64,000 nucleotides of DNA from Chrysomallon squamiferum (Eukaryota; Animalia; Mollusca), in the NCBI GenBank assembly GCA_012295275.1, contig CM022666.1:15624001-15688000 (forward strand), in the 5' to 3' direction. Under the pieces are notes generated by a model, which did no database searches, was not told the DNA's origin, and saw nothing but the letters and a program-made list of their open reading frames with translations. The position numbers were made by a program, and so were the translations under genes. Below, piece after piece: positions 1 through 27,911 of this stretch (position 1 is the first letter of the stretch; each line of letters starts with the position of its first letter).

Positions 1-209
1 GGTGTGTGGGGGTGGGGGAGGGCATCTTCAGCTAAACTTTTAATTAGGGTAGAAGTATGAGACACTTGAGACATTTGTACTGGACAGAATTAGCAGAGAT
101 TCTGTTGTAACTCAGTTTAATTATGACTGTCAATGTAATCATTATATATCTCGGGACAAAGCCAACTTGTGACTTGTGTAGCAGTTATCTTCTTCACATA
201 ACAGTAGAG

Positions 210-530
210 ACTGGGACACAGTCTAGTGTTATACTGTGAGATCAAGGGTCACTGGATCAATCCTACTTAGTGGACACAGGAGACTGTTTTCACATTCCAG
301 CCAGTGCTGTAGTACTGGTTTCTTTCTCAACGGTCACTGTTAGTAAACAGCTAATGATCTGGTACATATTGTACTCAAGGGTCACTGGATTGATCCCCAT
401 TAGTGGATGATAGGGGCTATTTCCCATTCTAGCCAGGGCTGCACAACTCATGTATATTCAATAACTGTGCTGTTTGTGGGAGGGTGCACATGAATGAGAC
501 CTTGCTGCTAATCAGAAAAAGGAAAAAAAG
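210..530 (+). mobile_element. Degenerate tRNA-derived SINE-like fragments (two partial heads) in a transporter intron
   Basis: caagggtcactggatcaatcc (243) is repeated as caagggtcactggattgatcc (376), resembling a B-box GGTTCGATCC, followed by similar cattccagccagtgctg / cattctagccagggctg bodies. Confidence 0.35.
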
Positions 531-589
531 GCTACTTGAGTAACACACAGGATGTTGTAAGACAGACAGATTTAGTTTTAAATACTTAC

Positions 590-12129
<11,540 letters not shown>

Positions 12130-13235
12130 AACTGTTAGTCGTCTTTCCTCCAAACACCATTCCTCTGACCTGTTAACAGTTGACAGAACTTCTCGCTTGA
12201 AACTTATTACTGGGCGCAGCCATTTTGGAAATTGTGTTAATTCGCCAAAAGTATTTTTGTTTTCAATATTAAATATAATTTTTATACAATAAATTTTAAA
12301 TGTTAATGTCTTGATTATGAACTAATCAGTCAAAAAGCGGCGTTATAAGATATTGCAAAATTTATAATATTTAATTTAACGATAATCTTTTACGTACTAA
12401 ATATTTTAGTGCATATACGTCCTGTGTCACTATCAGTGTATGTTGTCAAAACTAAAAGGATCTGGCTGCGTATGTGTTGTGAGAAGTGTTAATGTTGTTT
12501 TTAGCTGCAGGATCTGTAACAGGTGCATGTAACATCTGGTTTATTTTTGGCCATTATACGAAGCTGTTAAGCAATAATAAAAATAAGAGAGACATTAATT
12601 AACCCACTGGTTATTGAAGTAAACGTTTTTGCGAAACAGCAGAGATCATAATTGAGGCTCTTTTGAGGATTTTGATTTAATTAAATTATTAAATAATATG
12701 TTTATAAACGTTGAATTAATACCAAATTTTGTTTATGTATCAAATAAATCAACACTGTTTTATTGTAATTATTTTCTTAAATCAAATTTAAAAATAAATG
12801 CATTTTGTATGTATGTATTTGTACACAGTGCTGCCACGTATGTACTTTAACGTTTAAGATGAACTAGACATTTACGTTTTGGGGTTAATGTAGTTTAGGG
12901 TTAGCAGTATTGTTTATGTGCGTGATAATGTATGTATGAACGCATTTATGAATGAATGAACAAATGTAAATATGAATAGAAGTATGTGTATATAAATATA
13001 TATATATATATGTGTGCATCAGTGCATGATTATATACGCATGAATGCATGCATGAGTATATTGATATGTATGTATGAATGTATGTATGTATGAATATAAT
13101 GTATATGTATGTGTTTTTGTTTTTGATAATCTCTCTGTACAGCTTTGAGATGTTGTCCAGAATATATCAGATATAAATAATTCTGAAACTTTTATCTATT
13201 GTTCTTGTTTATTCAAATCTTTTTTCAGAACAAAC

Positions 13236-17064
<3,829 letters not shown>

Positions 17065-17642
17065 ATATTTCTCTGGCACTGTGATGTAATTTTTTTCAAC
17101 CAATGAATGACTGCCTAACATAATAGTTGACCAATGGCGGATTTTGTTACAAAAACTGTGAGGAATGTTATAAGGCTAAAATAAGATTTTTAGAGAATGA
17201 AGTGATAATTTTTTTTTTTTTTTTTTTCAGTTTTGAATTATAAAACTTTATGTTGACAAAACAATTGTGTGTAAGCACAGAAATTAATGGAATTATGATA
17301 TTTCATCATTCATCACAGATTAGCTGCAGTATTCTGTGGCTGGTGAAAGCGTCAACACATTGTTTTCACAACTTCACGTCTTGTGCCATCCTCTCCTTTT
17401 TCATTGTATTGTTGATTATTTCCCTTTGTAAGGTTTCAAAATGGCGATGCATCATGTCTTTTATTCTTCTGATGTTCCAGCCCATGACCAGTTCCATATT
17501 CCAGCCTGTTATTAGTGGACCTGTTTCCACACAAGTTCTTTTAAGATTTTATTATTATTTAGCTACCACTCTTTGCTAATAATAAAGTTTGACAGAGTAG
17601 AAAGAGGTTAAATAACAAACTCGTAAAATGTATTGATGATGA

Positions 17643-17676
<34 letters not shown>

Positions 17677-18017
17677 CAGTTACTTAATGCGTTAATTTGT
17701 TTTATTTGTATTTCGTTTTATATTTTTTAAATAAATAAATAAATAAATAAAAAGTTGATTTAAAGGTAATAAAACGTGTATTAAACTAACTGGTAGTAAT
17801 TATTTGGCTGCAGTTTGTTGAAGAGATTAGTTGTCCTTTTTTTGGAATATCACGGGTACATTTCCCAGTTCTCAGATCGAGTTGGAAGAAAAGTTTTATA
17901 TAATAATTAACGAAACGGATTATATTGTATGGTTTCACTCATAACTGAGTGAGTAAAAAAAATTAACGTGCTGATCAGAGCAAGCTATAATGAAACTACA
18001 AATAATATGTCTCTGTA

Positions 18018-18188
18018 TTGAACAGTTCATGTACCGCGGCCAATAAACTACATTTTGAACCAATCAAAAACGTCTCTTGGATCGGCCAAATTTCACGGGG
18101 AAAAGAAATACGAGTGCTACATATAAACGTCACATGGAGTTGTTTTTGATTGGTTCAAATTGTAGCTTAATGGCTGCAAACTGTTCAA
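18018..18188. mobile_element. MITE-like element with imperfect terminal inverted repeats
   Basis: ttgaacagtt..gcggccaataaactacattttgaaccaatcaaaaac (18018-18071) pairs with gtttttgattggttcaaattgtagcttaatggctgcaaactgttcaa (18142-18188). Confidence 0.55.
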
Positions 18189-19057
18189 AATGAAATCGAG
18201 ACTGCGGTTTAAAAAATGGCTCGTGAACGTCCTTGTGTGTGAAGTTTGCTAAACATCTGAAGAAAAACAACAACAAAAAACAGATAAGAAATTACTGGTT
18301 TTAAGACAGACCTGAGTTTTGTCTATGAACTGCGACTTATACATACATTTTATATAATAATAATAATAATAATAATATATTATACTGCTATTAATATACA
18401 ATACAGAACATAAAAATTAATGACAGGGAAAATGTAGAAAAATAATGTAACATTACAGGTAATTCCATTGCATGGGATGCGACATCAACAACAATTTCAG
18501 TTACTGTTGTGTTATATGGTTAAGGGAGGTGAAAGGGAAACAAAGAAACGTTACAAAATAAAAACAGGATAAAGATACTAAATCATATACCAGTTGTAAT
18601 ATCCTTTCATATCCTGATCACGATTTGAGTAACTTTAAAATAGGACAGTTATGTATAGTTGCTGGGACCATAATGTTTTTGCATTATCAATCGTTTGAAA
18701 ATAATTATCCATTGAAAATTCAAGCTGGTCTGTCTTGAACACCCCTGACAGGTCTGAGTTCTAACCAGAATGGAGCCGTTGTCATGGTTTCATCCACCAG
18801 ACTATTCGTCCGATGAGGTGGGATTATTCGTTCTTTCTATCATTTTAAATTCTCATCATTCTCTGATGTTCTATATTATCAAAGTCACTGAAATTATAAT
18901 TTGCTGATAAACCAGCAGAGACTAAACGAAAAATTAGTATTAGAAAGGAATCTAGAGGACGATTTAAAAATAATTTCTGGCAGTGGTCGAATTGTCTATG
19001 AAACGCATCATCAGGATCCCCCCACCTGTTAAGCTATGGCCACGAATCCATGTGACG

Positions 19058-19732
19058 TCACGAGTCGGGACGTGACGTTTCTGTTTGTATTAAACTAGAC
19101 AGAAGGTGAAGTAATCTCGGTTCCAGTGACCAGTCTATATGGGAGATAACTCTAACGCGAACTTGGAACATAGACGGACTGTAAACACCAAACACTGGAA
19201 TCAGTGCCTGTGAAGTGGGAATATCGGGCAGAGAATAAATCACTTTATTCGACTGGATGTGCATTATGCTAAGCACCCTCTTTTCAAAGTCCATTAAAAA
19301 TCCAAAATCGGCCTCCATTTCTGCTTCATTGTTTAATGCCGTCATGTCAATGTGACGGAGGCAGAGCGATCTGGAATAAACGTATAAACACATACTTTGA
19401 TGTTCTTCGCAAGATCCGAGAGTCAGACAGTGAGCATGCTTGTTGTCAGCTAGCTGAATGTCGTCATCACATTTCATTTCTTGACAGATGCCCACGTCCA
19501 CGGCAGAGAACCCCAGCGCCACCGTCGACAGTGTTTTAGTGAGTATTTGAACCTGCCAGTAACAGCAGCAACGTCCTGGCAGTGCCGTCTTTGAAGTTGC
19601 ACCTTTCAGTCGATTCAGTCTGGATGGGTACGTTGGTGATGGCGTGTTAACCAGATCGCCATATATATTTACACTGCAGTTATTCCAGTTCAGCATATCA
19701 GTATTTAACAAAACTCTTGGCACTATACAAAA

Positions 19733-19775
<43 letters not shown>

Positions 19776-19921
19776 ATACAGAGTAAGCTAGCTAAGAATA
19801 TGCAACAATAAACAGAGCAAATAAATGAGAAAAAAGTGAAGGACGTGTGTGTGTGTGTATGTGCGTGTGATATGCATATTTATATGAATATATATGTATC
19901 TACGTATGTATCTGCGGGGAG

Positions 19922-19967
<46 letters not shown>

Positions 19968-20819
19968 TCATTTTAAAAATTAACTATCATTTTTCATCTC
20001 CATCACATATCGATTCTATACTTACAAAGTATTTCTCGACAAATTCTTGTCTCGCCGGGAAAAGAGAGAACAATTTTTCTTGCGAGTTCTTCTCCTGTAA
20101 ACAAATTGTAACATTCAGCAGTAAAATAATGTCTATCCATCTCAGAACCCGGAATGATAGCACCTCTGAATCTTGCAAAGGAGCGAAAGTAACATTCAGT
20201 AATAAAAGGTGGCAAACTGAAGAGGAAAGAACTAGATTCACCAAAAGTAATTAAAATCTTCAACAGATAAAAAAAAGAACGAACATTTACCAGACGTTAT
20301 GAAAGTTTAAAGAGTTTCATGGACGAGAAGGATCTACGTTCACTAAAATAATGGATTGAAATTTGAAAGTGAATTACAATTCAGCAACAGGCTAAAATTA
20401 ACTGAAAACATCTGACAAAAAGGAATATATGAACTATAAGTACTTCACAAAAAGACAACTCCAATTATAATATGAAAACGCACTGCTCGTTATAAAAACA
20501 AAAAAAGCAATATCTGTATTCACCAAAAAAAGAGAGAGTAGTTTGTATAATAATAATAATCATCATAAAAATAACAACAACAAAAACAACAAAGAAATGA
20601 AAATTATGAAAAATTATATACATAAAATAACTTTAGATGTAAAAATATTTGGTCTAATATAAAGGCAAAATGGTGATGAGATAATAATAATAATAATGAT
20701 AATAGTAATAATAGAAAATATTACAAAGATGAAAACAAAATACAATGTAGAAAAGCAAATGACTTTTAAAACAAAAAGTACGTTTTACAATAAAATCCAG
20801 CCCCCACCAAAAAAAAAAA

Positions 20820-20850
<31 letters not shown>

Positions 20851-22347
20851 AAAAAAATAAAAAAATTGATAATAATAAAATATTCAACGACGAGAGATAA
20901 GCAGAAATTGTAAATAAAACGTGAACAGATAAAGAGGGAATATCAGTAAGTGAGAGTAACACATTTACTCACTCGACTCACAACTCTGGAAGACAACCCC
21001 GTCTGGTAAAAACTCACGTCCCCTGAATCTGACGATTATCTTGTGACCTCCGGGAGCGTCGGGTTTGAACCTGAGAACTCCAGCTGTAGAACACACGGTA
21101 GCGATCTGTGGCAGGATTATCTGCTCCGCGTTGCCAGGGGATACCACCGCTGCCTCCAGTACTGTCCGTTGATTTTCGTAGCTGTTCGACACTGGAAGAA
21201 ATGTCACTTTCATGACGTTACAGTTTGCACCAGTGATCGCGTCGGTGACGTCGATGCACACTGCAGCCCGACTCAAATACGATTCCGCTGATGCCAGATC
21301 GAGTGTTCTGTTCAACTCATAAAACATGTCAAGATTCAGTGGTGTATTCTGAATGGAAATCCGGGGTAAATTCACAGTCCTCGTCAGTGACGTAATTTTT
21401 GGAACACACTTCTGTGAGATTTTAACAAACTGAGAGTCCTCTCCAAACGACATGGCCAGCTGACAGTAGCTCGCGTGCGCCGCAATTGAACTCGCCTTCT
21501 GAAGCGTCATGTGAATGCGGTTGTTTCTTGTAGACTTTTGTTCGCTGATGTTTGAAATGACGCCATCGCGCAACTCTCTGAATCTAGCAGACAGTTTCTG
21601 AACGGTTTCTTGGTACACGGTGTCAATGCTGTGCAGCAGCTCGTTTTGTTTCGCCTCCAGCACGAGGTTTTGTTGCATCAAACGTTCTACATAACTGTTG
21701 CAGTTAGCAATGGGTAAGGAAGTCGCTTCAACAGCGTCCGAAACTTTGATTCTCTCATCAGTCAGTAACTCGTTAATCAAGCTAATAGGATGTGTGGCGT
21801 GAGTAGCTACACAGCATGTTCTGCAGACAGCTTCTGAACATTGTTCACAGAAGAGGTTCAGTTCTTCATTGACGTGATGCTTGCAGGTTCGTATTGGATG
21901 GAAGAATTCTTCAGGCCTGTTGACGCATTCTATCAAAGGAACGACGTTGTGTGTTTGTGTGACAGAAATTTTTGTGTGGGAGAGCGTGCACGCTCGACAC
22001 AGATACTGCTGACACTGGAAGCAAAGAGCCGCCGCCTGTGAGTCGCTGGGACACACTGCACAAAGCACGTCTTGCGGGTTCAGTTTCAGTCTGTTGAAGT
22101 CTGCAATCTTCATGAGAACTTCGTCCTCTTCCAGCGACTCGTTCAGCGAGCCCGTGGCTGGCGAAAGGCATCCACATTTCAGACAACGCAGTCCAGTTCG
22201 TTCCGCATTCCAGACAGCCTCCAGGCACAGACAGCAGAATGTGTGTCCGCATTCCAGTCTTCTTGCAGACCTGTCGTTGTGGTTGAAGTCGTTAGAACAC
22301 CCCTCACACGTAATTACGGGTGGATGGTTCAAACTGCTCTCGCTCAT
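19058..22347 (-). CDS. TRIM-family E3 ligase, paralog A (RING-Bbox1-Bbox2-coiled coil-filamin-like-B30.2/SPRY-like), 702 aa
   Basis: Exons 22347-20973, 20094-20026 (69 nt, phase 1-1), 19722-19058. C3HC4 RING (CEGC..CGHTFCCLC..CLKC), two B-boxes (CAVC..CFQCQQYLCRAC..H; CKHH..CEQCSEAVCRTC..HATH), filamin-like FKPDAPGGHKIIVRFRG, SPRY-like YWQV..VGI..FGFLMDFE..LIPVFG. Confidence 0.9.
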
Positions 22348-23412
22348 CGTGATATAAAATTATTGTTTTTTGGTCACTCTTTTTTTTTTTTTTTTTTTTT
22401 ATTTATTTATTATTATTATTTTTTTTTAAATGTTTTTCAATGTTTTAATCTCTTTGTTTCCTTTAATATTTTGTTAAAATATTTTAATTTTATTTTTTAT
22501 TTATTTATTTATTTATTTATTTGCCTCCTTTCTAACTTAATTATAAAGGTATTTCCAAAAACCTGGACACGTGTTTATTAACTTTATATGGCTTCCACGT
22601 GACAATAGTAACTATATGACATTTGCTTAATGTTCGCTTCTGTATCTGGAAATAATGAAAATGTATAATAATAATAATAACAACAAAAATTACAGAAATA
22701 GCAAATCCATTATTAGTGTTTATAATGGGTATCAGTTAACTAATTCATAGCAAAATATAAATAAATATGAAAACACCAATAAACGTAATTAAAACGTAAT
22801 AACTGTATAATAAATAAATAAATAAAGAAAGAAAGAAAGAAAGAAAGAAAGAAAAAATTCCCTTGTAACACTGAGCAAATAAAGAAAGCAAAAAATAAAA
22901 ATAAAAATAAAAATAACAACAAAATCATATATCTATATCTCTATTTGTGTATATCTGTATCTATCTGGCTATCTGTCTGTCTATCTATCTATCTAAGGAA
23001 ACAAAAATTAATAAATGAAAAAAAAAAAAAGAATAAAGGAATGAGGAAGATATGATCGTCAAAAGTTTCTCTTATTCATTGCAATTCCAAAAGATAATGC
23101 GTAAAATTCGGAACATTAACTTTTCTAACTTGCAAGTGCGTGACCAAAACGTATACAGCTCCTGTGCTGTTGTGCTTTCAAATGAAAGGTTATACATCTA
23201 ACTAAAGCTGAATCCAGTCAGAACCGGTTAGACAGCTTTATATTCAATCTATAGTTTGCTCAGCTAACGTATACGAGATTTTTTTTTTTTTCTTAAACAA
23301 AGGGACGTAACATGCGACATGAAATATGCAAAATCAGTAATAATACCAGCCATATATTTCATATTATTATTTTTTTTTTTAAACAGGAGCAACCGTCTGT
23401 ATACACCTGATC

Positions 23413-23476
<64 letters not shown>

Positions 23477-23889
23477 TATAATTATAATTATAATTATAAT
23501 AACGTTTATGATTACAAACAGCTATATCCACAATAAATTAAAATACATGTTCCACAAAATTAATTTGTAAACTTTGCTGAACTAATTTAATGAATGAATG
23601 AATGAATGAATGAATTAATTAATTCTTATTTAATAATATTTAAGGAGTCTGACTCATCCGAAATGGTGCGCCCCATTATACGTATGTGTCATAAGCGTGT
23701 TTCGTTACAGGACGGTTCCCGATTCAAAATGAGGTTAATTCCACCGTGGGATACCGTGTAACCTATAGATTGCTTAGTGGTTTGTTGACGACCGCCCACT
23801 GACCTACAAAATAATGTTTACGTTAAGCAAAGCTATGTGTAAATGTGCGATAATGCACTAGCCCTTGTAGCTAGGTTGTTTTATTTAAC

Positions 23890-24014
<125 letters not shown>

Positions 24015-24224
24015 ATTTGGTCAAACATTTGCAAATTATAATTCAAAATTATCGTGAATAATACCTAGTTGTTTTAATAGTAGCAGTAGCAACAGTAGAA
24101 ATTATAGTGGTGGTGGTTGTGATAGTAGTAGCAGCAGCAGAAGGAATATCCTGCAAGAAAATACGTTTTATAACTAATACAACATAATAATAAATAAATA
24201 AATAAATTATTGTTGCAAACATAC

Positions 24225-24550
24225 CTCGGTAGAGCCGCGGTTGATGTTCAATGTTTGATCGACGTCTTGAAGTTACCAAGAAAACAAATCACTTGACATC
24301 TACGTTTATTTGACTGTTTCTTGGAATGTAACGTCACACGATCACGTGTCGTACAGTTCTTAATCACACCCCGGCATATCAGTAAGAAAAACAAAAAATA
24401 CTAACAAGGAAGACGTTTTATTTTTCGGTACAGTTTCGTCTCTCGTTCGGAGTAAATAGAGCGAGACAATCATGATCTCGCCCTTTGCGGCTGTTTAAGA
24501 TTAGTGACACGACCCCTCGGTTGTTTGCCGGTTATGTCACGAGAAACAGT
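24225..24550 (-). promoter_or_regulatory. Putative proximal promoter and non-coding exon of TRIM paralog A
   Basis: Minus-strand donor ccgag|gtatgt at 24225/24224, CpG-rich patch, GAS TTCTTGGAA 24318-24326, E-box CACGTG ~24343. Confidence 0.45.
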
Positions 24551-24695
24551 TAGTTCACATAAATAAATAAATAAATAAATAAATAAAATTATGGATATAA
24601 TACAGTTTTTAATTGAGTAATTATCTAATAATTAAATTTAATTTTATCTTGGCTCGCAGTTTTAAGGAAATGATTAGTTCTGAATTTCTACCATT

Positions 24696-24760
<65 letters not shown>

Positions 24761-25158
24761 CTTGTCTGAGCGTGTGTATTTGTGTGTTACTGTGCAAGCG
24801 CAGAAAACAGCAGTTGCTTGTAACTACAGTATGACCTACTTTGGCCACGGTAACGCTTAATATTAAAACATGTCAGTAATAGTAATAACAGTTATTAAGT
24901 GACTCACTTTCGGCGAGAAAGAAGCAAGTGCTAACTCTTTTGTATGTATACTGTTTAGAGATTAGATGCTCTTAAAGAGCTTTCATGTATTATTACTTGA
25001 CATAAAGAGATATTCCATGGTATTTGAAAAACCACTGACGTCTTTAATTTGCCTAGCCACAAATACTTCTATTATTTTTATCAGTAGTAGTATTATTTAT
25101 TTATTTATTTATTTTAATTTTATTTTAATTTTAATTTTTATTGAATAGTAAGCTTAAT

Positions 25159-25159
<1 letters not shown>

Positions 25160-25193
<34 letters not shown>

Positions 25194-26250
25194 ATCTGTG
25201 TAAAATTTAGAAAATCTAAATAATTTTAAGACAGTTTTATTACGAAATACATCCTAGGTTTTGGTGAATTATTTAGTTTGTGAAACTGTCCACGGTCGCA
25301 ATAATGTCAAAAATAATATTTTACCTTTTTACATATTAAGTTTCAATACACAGCTTCTTTCAAACCATACGAAACTAAAACTGTTTCTAGGAAACACACT
25401 TAAATACACCAACTGCGCATGCTCTGAAGGTTAACCGTGGCTTCCAAGAAAAGAAAACAGAACATATCACATATTTCTACTTTCACTTTCTATATCTTTA
25501 TGAGAATAAGATAGTTTAAAAAAAATGTAAAATGTACTTTCTCCAAGAATTAGTAATAATAGTAACAATAATAACAATAATAACAACAACAACTCCTACT
25601 CCTACTACTACTACTACTAATAACAACAACAATAACAACAAAAACAACAACAACAACAAATAATAATTAAAATAATACCTACTTAACCTAATCAATTCCA
25701 TCATCACATCATTGTAAAGAAAAGAAAAATAAACTTAAATAATTAATAAAAAAATGTTACATAAACTCACCTTTAGATAATTAGGTTAAATGTAGAGAAA
25801 ATGCAGATAACGATATTTTCCCCGAGCAAAACTCAGATCGCTCTGTTGTTTCAGTGCAATGAATACACACTGATTAGGGTGTCGCTGATCTCCCCGGTAA
25901 CAAGATAACATCTGTCGTAAACCAGACCGCAAACAAAATTATCAATCGCTTCAAAAGATCGATTGATTAGACCGTTTTATTAGTTGCACTAGAGACTGAC
26001 AAATGTACGTAATTCTGAGGTGACGCCTGCTTCTATGCATCCATCCATCCATCCATCCATCCATCCATCCGTCCGTCCATCCATCCATCCATCCATCCAT
26101 CGGACAAACAAACATGAATACATACACACATATGGTCAGACAGACATACATGTAAAATTACATACATACACACATACCTACATACTGTCACAGAATTCAG
26201 ATTACGTAACCAGTTTCGTTTTCTGCGACGTCCGCATGTTTTAGTTTTTA
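25160..26250 (-). repeat. Left arm of long imperfect inverted duplication (promoter / non-coding exon / enhancer module)
   Basis: Reverse complement aligns colinearly with 26835-28160, e.g. gtaaaatttagaaaatctaaataattttaagacag (25200) vs ctgtcttaaaattatttacattttctaaattttatac (28096), and gtacgtaattctgaggtgacg (26005) vs cgtcacctcagaattacgtac (27020). Boundaries approximate. Confidence 0.92.
25370..25490 (-). promoter_or_regulatory. Mirror IRF-E + STAT/GAS motif cluster (TRIM-A side)
   Basis: CGAAACTAAAACTG 25370-25383, TTCTAGGAA 25385-25393, TTCCAAGAA 25442-25450, ACTTTCACTTTC 25479-25490. Confidence 0.6.
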
Positions 26251-26273
26251 ATTTTGTTTCTGATATGCACAGT

Positions 26274-26349
<76 letters not shown>

Positions 26350-26360
26350 TCTCTCTCACA

Positions 26361-26408
<48 letters not shown>

Positions 26409-27092
26409 AGTTAATCGTTTTGAATATTTCGTAGTTACACGAAACCTTTGATCCTTATGAGCTCATTATATTACAGCTCTTATCTCCAGTACGCATCAGC
26501 GTAAAGCGGTCTGGACTAAAATAGTTCGGAAGATGAACCGGAAAAGGTCTTTAAAATTATTATAAAATCTCGACACACTTATATATAAAGCATATTATAA
26601 CAAAGGATAATTTCATTAATCTCTGTATCATATGCACTTTATTTTATTTCATAATTACGATGTTTTACTTGTTTGGTTGTTTTTGTTTTGTTCATTAGTT
26701 ATTTATCGTATATTTATTTATTTGTATTTGGTTTTTCTTTGTTTAATTATTGCTATTTTATGATGTTTATTTATTTATTTATTTATTTATTTATATGTTG
26801 TGAGAAAAAAAGTGTGCAGATAAGAAAACAACTAATAAATAAAACATGGAGAAAACGAAATGGTTACGTAATATGAATTCAGTGACAGTATGTAGGTATG
26901 TGTGTATGTATGTAATTTTACATGTATGTCTGAAAATATGCATTCATCTATTCATATCTGTTTGTCTGATGTATGTGTGTGAATATGTATCGATGGATGG
27001 ATGGATGGATAGAAGCAGTCGTCACCTCAGAATTACGTACATTGTCAGTCTCAAGTACAAGTAATAAAACTCTCTAATCAGTCGATGTTTTG

Positions 27093-27397
27093 CAGCGATT
27101 GATAATTTTGAGTGAGATCTGGTTAAACGTTTATCACGTATATTACGGTATTACAGCGATTGATAATTTTGTGTGAGATCTGGTTAAACGTTTATCACGT
27201 ATATTACGGTATTACAGCGATTGATAATTTTGTGTGAGATCTGGTTAAACGTTTATCACGTATATTACGGTATTACAGCGATTGATAATTTTGTGTGAGA
27301 TCTGGTTAAACGTTTATCACGTATATTACGGTATTACAGCGATTGATAATTTTGTGTGAGATCTGGTTAAACGTTTATCACGTATATTACGGTATTA
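27093..27397. repeat. Tandem repeat, 5 x 61 bp
   Basis: Unit cagcgattgataattttgtgtgagatctggttaaacgtttatcacgtatattacggtatta starts at 27093, 27154, 27215, 27276 and 27337; copies near-identical. Confidence 0.95.
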
Positions 27398-27408
27398 GCT
27401 GGGAGATC

Positions 27409-27419
27409 GGGGATTCCCC
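27409..27419. promoter_or_regulatory. NF-kB consensus site upstream of the putative ZNFX1 first exon
   Basis: GGGGATTCCCC; degenerate at the equivalent position of the left arm. Confidence 0.5.
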
Positions 27420-27707
27420 ACTCGGTTTTCGTATTGACGCGACAAAACGATCTGCTCTCTGCTCGGGTAAAGATCGTTTATCTGCGTTTTCTCCAAACTG
27501 AAACACCGTGTACACCGCAATCAACCAAATGTGTCTAAAGGTCAGTGTATGTAGCATTTTTATTAATTATTTATGTTTATTTTTCTTTTCTTTACAATGA
27601 TTTGGTGATGGAACTGATTGTGTTAAGTGGACATCATTTTCCTTATTATTATTTACAGTTGTTGGGTTTGTTGTTGTTGTTACTGTTGTTGTTGTTGTTG
27701 TTGTTGT

Positions 27708-27749
<42 letters not shown>

Positions 27750-27808
27750 TCATGGAGAAAGTACATTTTACATTGTTGTTAAAACTATCTTATTCTCATA
27801 ATGGTACA

Positions 27809-27911
27809 GAAAGTGAAAGTAGAAATATTTTTCTTGGAAGCCACGGTTAACCTTCAGAGAATGCGCAGTTGGTGTATTTACGTTTGTTTCCTAGAATCAG
27901 TTTTAGTTTCG
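27809..27911 (+). promoter_or_regulatory. IRF-E + STAT/GAS motif cluster (ZNFX1 side)
   Basis: GAAAGTGAAAGT 27809-27820 (IRF-E consensus); TTCTTGGAA 27831-27839, TTCAGAGAA 27853-27861 and TTCCTAGAA 27888-27896 (TTCN3GAA); ISRE-like CAGTTTTAGTTTCG 27898-27911. Confidence 0.6.

Noticed and set aside
12892-12904. Telomere-like TTAGGGTTAG
   Set aside because: Fewer than two full units; chance match.
20026-20094. EELARKI in the TRIM-A micro-exon resembling an MIU motif
   Set aside because: The central Ala is not conserved in paralog B (DLMRRI); too weak to claim.
19987-20263. Overlapping 85-108-aa ORFs inside the TRIM-A introns
   Set aside because: Only 20026-20094 has splice signals and homology to the TRIM-B micro-exon.
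27093-27397. Regular direct repeats resembling a CRISPR array
   Set aside because: Units are contiguous with no unique spacers, there are no cas genes, and the context is eukaryotic; it is a VNTR. The same applies to the arrays at 10155, 37281 and 38385.
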